Source: Antedon mediterranea
Lineage: Eukaryota > Animalia > Echinodermata
NCBI RefSeq assembly: GCF_964355755.1
Contig: NC_092670.1
Location: 34,522,388 to 34,586,387, forward strand
DNA length: 64,000 bases
Reading direction: 5' to 3'
The notes under the pieces are model-generated. The model ran no database searches and was not told where the DNA came from. It worked only from the letters and a program-made list of their open reading frames with translations. Shown here piece after piece: positions 61,265 to 64,000 of this stretch. Both the position numbers and the translations under genes were made by a program. Position 1 is the stretch's first letter; each line of letters starts with the position of its first letter.

Positions 61265-62200
61265 CGCCCGTATTCTTAAACCGGACTTTAGTCGTAGTTC
61301 AAAGTTCGACTTGAAAAAGTCGTAGTTCGAGCTATTACTTCAAATTCGATTAAAAAACGAAGTAGTCGAAGTTTGCAGTTCGACTTAATAAAGTTGAGCT
61401 TTTAGTCGAGTTGCACACGTCTGGGTAATAAAGGCTATACATTGGTCAATGACAAGAGAGTATTTGAGGAGCAGACAAAATTTTGCGCATTGATATCACT
61501 TTCCATTTTCTTACAACACTTTTTACGCATCAGGACTATACATGAAAAATAATTTTAATCGTTAATTATTAGAACAAGATCAGTATTAATTTAACAGTGA
61601 AGTACTTTTGATTAACAAAATAACAGCAAACAAAATCTTCAAAATATATTTAGGAACTATGGCGGTACGGTAACTTTTATATTTTCTAGGCCCCCAACAA
61701 AGTATGATCGCGACGAACCACGCACTTCATAGCGTGACAAGAAAGCGCTAGGCCCCCTAACATTCCATCGCGTGGTGAATTTCCGCATCTGCCATTGTCG
61801 CTATGGCGTGACGTAGTTGAAGTCGGACTTGCGCGAAGAAAATTATGTAATTTGTATACAGTTGTATTAAATAAAGATGATTTTCATTATTATAACATAT
61901 ACCAATGTATATTTAATTAAGCTAATATAAAAATAGATATTTCATTCTTCAATATCTGGCCAATATAACAACTCAATGACTGTTACGTTTTTCATAAACA
62001 TCGTTTAAAAACCATTTAGTCGACCATTTAGCCTGCCCCCTCCAGGACTAAAAAAATCGATCAAAATCCGTCTCGATTTAGTCGAGGTTGGCCTGAATTA
62101 GTCGGCGATTTAGTTGAAGTTCGGTTTATGAATTAAAATGACGTCATTTTTTTAGTTTTAGCTCGAACTACGACTAAAGTCCGGTTTAAGAATACGGGCG
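61265..62200. mobile_element. Non-autonomous TIR element, 936 bp, 3-bp TSD (ATA)
   Basis: Perfect 36-bp TIR CGCCCGTATTCTTAAACCGGACTTTAGTCGTAGTTC; ATA on both sides. Confidence 0.88.
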
Positions 62201-62655
62201 ATAGAATAAATAAGCAAAGGTTTAATGCACTGCTTGACTATAGTTCTCGTAGTAGTTTGACACTTGCTGCAGGATTTGCTGGAAAGGGACTTACAACTTG
62301 AGGTCCAGTGTACACATCTGGCTTGTGAGCACCCAAACCCAGTTCATCGTTCGGAAGAGAAGGTTCACTGGTCCATATCAGCCTCTATTGTTGTGGACAG
62401 ACGAATGAGCGCCGTTTAATAGGAGCAGTATGACACGAAGAGACCCTTAAGGTAGAAGAAAGTTGTTTCTTCTTCCTCTGCGCAATTCAACCCAGTAGGC
62501 TGCAAGTCGCAGGTTATTCCTCCACATTTATAACACTTTGGGCTGGGGCATAATAACTTAACAACAACCCATTTTGTATTATTCACTTAATGTATGACAT
62601 TTCAGAACAACAAAATTAGACTAATTTAGATTGGAATCAGCAAGCATATACTTAC

Positions 62656-63438
62656 ATATAAATTGGGTGCATTTGTAGTGATTGACCTTTGACATTTGCT
62701 GCAGGATTGTACGCTGAGTATGAATCAAAGCCACCAATAAAATCAACTGAAATAAAATACAAAATATACATTGTTAAAAATATGAAAATTAATATTGTTT
62801 GAAACAGTTTCAGTAAACAGTTTCGCATTTCAAAATAACTGAACACATGCATTGAGAAATACAACACTAAGAATAACATTCCACTGAAAACATTTCATTC
62901 AATAATTTTTTTTCCTTTAAATAGGCCACATTCCTTGTACTAAAGACCTTCTTCATGCAATATCCCAGCAGGAAAAAGTTGCTGAATGTGCTGAGTTTCC
63001 AAGGCACTATTTAACATTGACATTGCAACTATAATACTACTGCCACTGTGTACTATTTTTCAGTCACATGGTGCACTATTAATACCACTGAAAATGACAC
63101 TGTGCACTATTTCCAGTCACATGATTTACTATTTTCCAATGACACAGTTTACTATTCTCGGGACTATTTTCCAGAGAAACAGGACACTAATTGTAATGGC
63201 ACAGGACACTATTTCACAGTAATACTGTGCAATTATGGTCTAGTGACAGAGGACACTACATAGTATATAATCATGGACCTACAGTATATATTGTCCATGA
63301 TATTATTAGTCAATTTAATTAACTTGTCAACATTACAAGTGTTACTGGAATGTAAATGAGATTAAAATGATACTTACAACTATCTTCTTCTTCATTAAAT
63401 TTATAAATTACAATTATGGCAAGAATAAAACCTAAAAT
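62656..63438 (-). CDS. NKAIN: NKAIN (Na+/K+-ATPase beta-subunit-interacting protein), two 3' coding exons; 5' part lies beyond the window
   Basis: Exons 63438-63378 (ILGFILAIIVIYKFNEEEDS) and 62746-62656 (FDFIGGFDSYSAYNPAANVKGQSLQMHPIY) join in phase to give the family signature EEEDSFDFIGGFD. Both have GTAAGT donors. Confidence 0.9.
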
Positions 63439-63599
63439 CTGTAAATAAATTGAAAAAAATTAAAGAATATTAGAAAAATCAGGTAAAATGAAAATATGCA
63501 AAACAAACAACACACATTTCTTATAGAACAATGATTTAACATTTGGAAGCTTTATAGTTTTATAAAGTAGGTGCCAATATTGCTTCATACAGTCTTTGG

Positions 63600-63897
63600 T
63601 ACTGTACCATTACAGTCCCTTTCACACAGAAATTGCAGCAACATTGTAGTAATCAAGCTACAGTACCATTACAGTCCCTTTCACACAGAAATTGCAGCAA
63701 TATTGTGGTAATCAAGCTACAGTACCATTACAGTCCCTTTCACACAGAAATTGCAGCAATATTGTGGTAATCAAGCTACAGTACCATTAGAGTCCCTTTC
63801 ACACAGAAATTATAGCAATATTGTGGTAATCAAGCTACAGTACCATTAGAGCCCTTTTCACATAGAAATTACAGCAATATTGAGGAAATCAAGCTAC
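63600..63897. repeat. 59-bp tandem repeat, 5 copies, in an NKAIN intron
   Basis: TACAGTACCATTACAGTCCCTTTCACACAGAAATTGCAGCAATATTGTGGTAATCAAGC recurs at 59-bp spacing (63659, 63718, 63777, 63836). Confidence 0.93.
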
Positions 63898-64000
63898 TAT
63901 TCATTATTGACAGTGTGATCCCTTCACAATGGTAAAGGGTACACTATTTAATCAAAATAATATTCAATAATTGTGATTGTTTGCTATGTGAAAGAGGTCC

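Overview
AT-rich, intron-containing animal genomic DNA. It is probably a marine invertebrate deuterostome such as an echinoderm, inferred from composition, gene families and repeat types. Six genes were reconstructed by hand. Two are paralogous single-coding-exon class A GPCRs of the melatonin-receptor-like NRY type (+, 1608-2654 and 17047-18039). The others are the first four exons of a PNKD/glyoxalase-II-like hydrolase (-, 27282-25274), a complete INSIG gene (-, 33564-30853), a clavesin CRAL-TRIO gene (+, 36191-40246) and the 3' exons of an NKAIN gene (-, 63438 downward). No further PNKD exon was found, so both GPCRs appear to be nested antisense in one large PNKD intron. INSIG has a U12-type minor intron and an SRE/CCAAT promoter, and clavesin ends in a clathrin-box-like motif. 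NKAIN has a candidate 21-nt microexon and several candidate alternative last exons. The clavesin-NKAIN adjacency mirrors the vertebrate CLVS1-NKAIN3 and CLVS2-NKAIN2 linkages. Non-coding DNA is full of non-autonomous DNA transposons (Harbinger-, Kolobok-, hAT-, piggyBac- and Tc1/mariner-like), an RTE LINE fragment and minisatellites. A 5S-rRNA-derived element is split by a 2.2-kb TIR element with a 5-bp target duplication. No prokaryote-type systems such as CRISPR are present.
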